IMG/VR virus record: IMGVR_UViG_3300034420_000109
Span: 23,977 to 87,976 of that record
Origin: a virus
Lineage: Duplodnaviria; Caudoviricetes
Strand: one strand, 5' to 3'
Length of the DNA: 64,000 nucleotides
The position numbers and the translations under genes are program-made. The notes under the pieces were generated by a model. It was not told the origin of the DNA and searched no databases. It worked only from the letters and a program-made list of their open reading frames with translations. The stretch's first letter is position 1; each line of letters starts with the position of its first letter. Below are positions 63,055-64,000 of this stretch, in pieces.

Positions 63055-63437
63055 CCCCCAGAAGGATGCTCGATGTTAGCGGAGAAGCGAGCGATAAGAG
63101 TATTGGAATCTGAAACATCGCACGGGAGTTGAGCCAGCACATCAAGGCCGATGGCGGCCACCTTCATCTGGTGGGCGTGGGTGGGCCAGGGCCCGTAGAC
63201 CCGCTCCCATTGGGCGAGGTCGGGCGGGGCGTCCAGCACATCGAAGGACCGAACCCGGGTGAGGGCCCGGGAGTCACGGCCGTAACCGGCGGAGATCACC
63301 ACGAGGCGGCCGACAGGGTAGTGCTTCGCCACGAAGCGGCCACCGTGGATGCGGAACTCGACGTCCTTGGTTCCCAGCATGAAGCGGTTGAAGGCCCAGG
63401 CGTCCATGGGGATAAAGCCGAGAGGGGGGGGCTTCAT
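63051..63437 (-). CDS. ASCH/PUA-like domain protein
   Basis: FNRFMLGTKDVEFR...GRLVVISAGYG. Confidence 0.6.
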   Translation of the reverse strand: MKPPPLGFIPMDAWAFNRFMLGTKDVEFRIHGGRFVAKHYPVGRLVVISAGYGRDSRALTRVRSFDVLDAPPDLAQWERVYGPWPTHAHQMKVAAIGLDVLAQLPCDVSDSNTLIARFSANIEHPSGG

Positions 63438-63644
63438 CGGTGCCCCCCGAACCGGACCCGGTCCACCATCTGGCGAAGGGAGGGGGCGCCCACCTGCAGG
63501 GAGCAGGCGAGGTCCACAGAGCCCAGTTCCCGGAGGGAGCCATCCGGCAACTCCCCGCAGACCAGAACCCGCAGGCCCGTCTCGGACAGCTGCAGATCCG
63601 TCCCATGGGCTTCGGCCCGCAGGGCAGCGGCAAGGCGCGCGCGG

Positions 63645-63839
63645 TCAGCCTTCATGGGAATATTGGTTGTGCAGCCCACACTGCTCGGAGCAGAAGTCGG
63701 GGGTCATTTCGCAGACCTTCGCCTTGCCCGTGCGCGGATCGCGGTCGCGGTAGAAGATTTTCCGAGGCACGGGCGTCACGATGGGGCCGCCGCACTGGGG
63801 GCACTTCGGGACAGGAGGGGGAGCGGGCAGGTCGGGCAT
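63645..63839 (-). CDS. Small C4 Zn-finger protein (YacG-like pattern)
   Basis: CPQCG...DFCSEQC; RBS aaggag. Confidence 0.5.
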   Translation of the reverse strand: MPDLPAPPPVPKCPQCGGPIVTPVPRKIFYRDRDPRTGKAKVCEMTPDFCSEQCGLHNQYSHEG

Positions 63840-64000
63840 GGGTTCTCCTTTGCGGAAGAGAGGGGACGGGGGAGGGGCCGGGCCTTCGTCGGCCACGAGG
63901 ATGGGGATCAGCACGGGATCGCCCACGATCTCCATCATGTGATACCGACGGCCGCTCATGATTTCAGGGCTCCCAGCTGGTAGAGGAGGAGGACGGCGCC

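Overview
64 kb internal segment of a GC-rich tailed phage with a contractile tail. It is probably temperate; no integrase, sheath, tube or tape-measure gene is in the window and the host cannot be assigned. The minus-strand backbone carries a morphogenesis set that resembles SPO1/A511/K (Herelleviridae): DNA methyltransferase, TerS, TerL, portal and MuF at 51.6-60.2 kb, then prohead protease, scaffold, major capsid, neck and baseplate genes at 6.5-18.7 kb. Two plus-strand blocks interrupt it. The first (0.75-6.5 kb) holds a baseplate wedge, a low-GC tailspike, an attP-like tRNA-Arg fragment and an Ig/Hint tail protein. The second (18.8-51.7 kb) holds a 14 kb cluster of large polyvalent proteins followed by early and replication genes (DnaG, SMC-like ATPase, NinB, nucleotidyltransferase, tRNA-Met). 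The polyvalent cluster is the best candidate for an undescribed system. Its modules (PPase-like, WGR, GNAT, wHTH, His-rich repeats, Cys knuckles, SF2 helicase) are often bounded by [VI]-x-K|A sites matching the predicted capsid maturation site, and five modules open with the same beta-hairpin motif. A GNAT effector with a coupled small acidic gene faces an intact histone-deacetylase-family gene that has its own promoter and operator. All family assignments come from motif recognition by eye; no database search was run, and GC differences are visual impressions.
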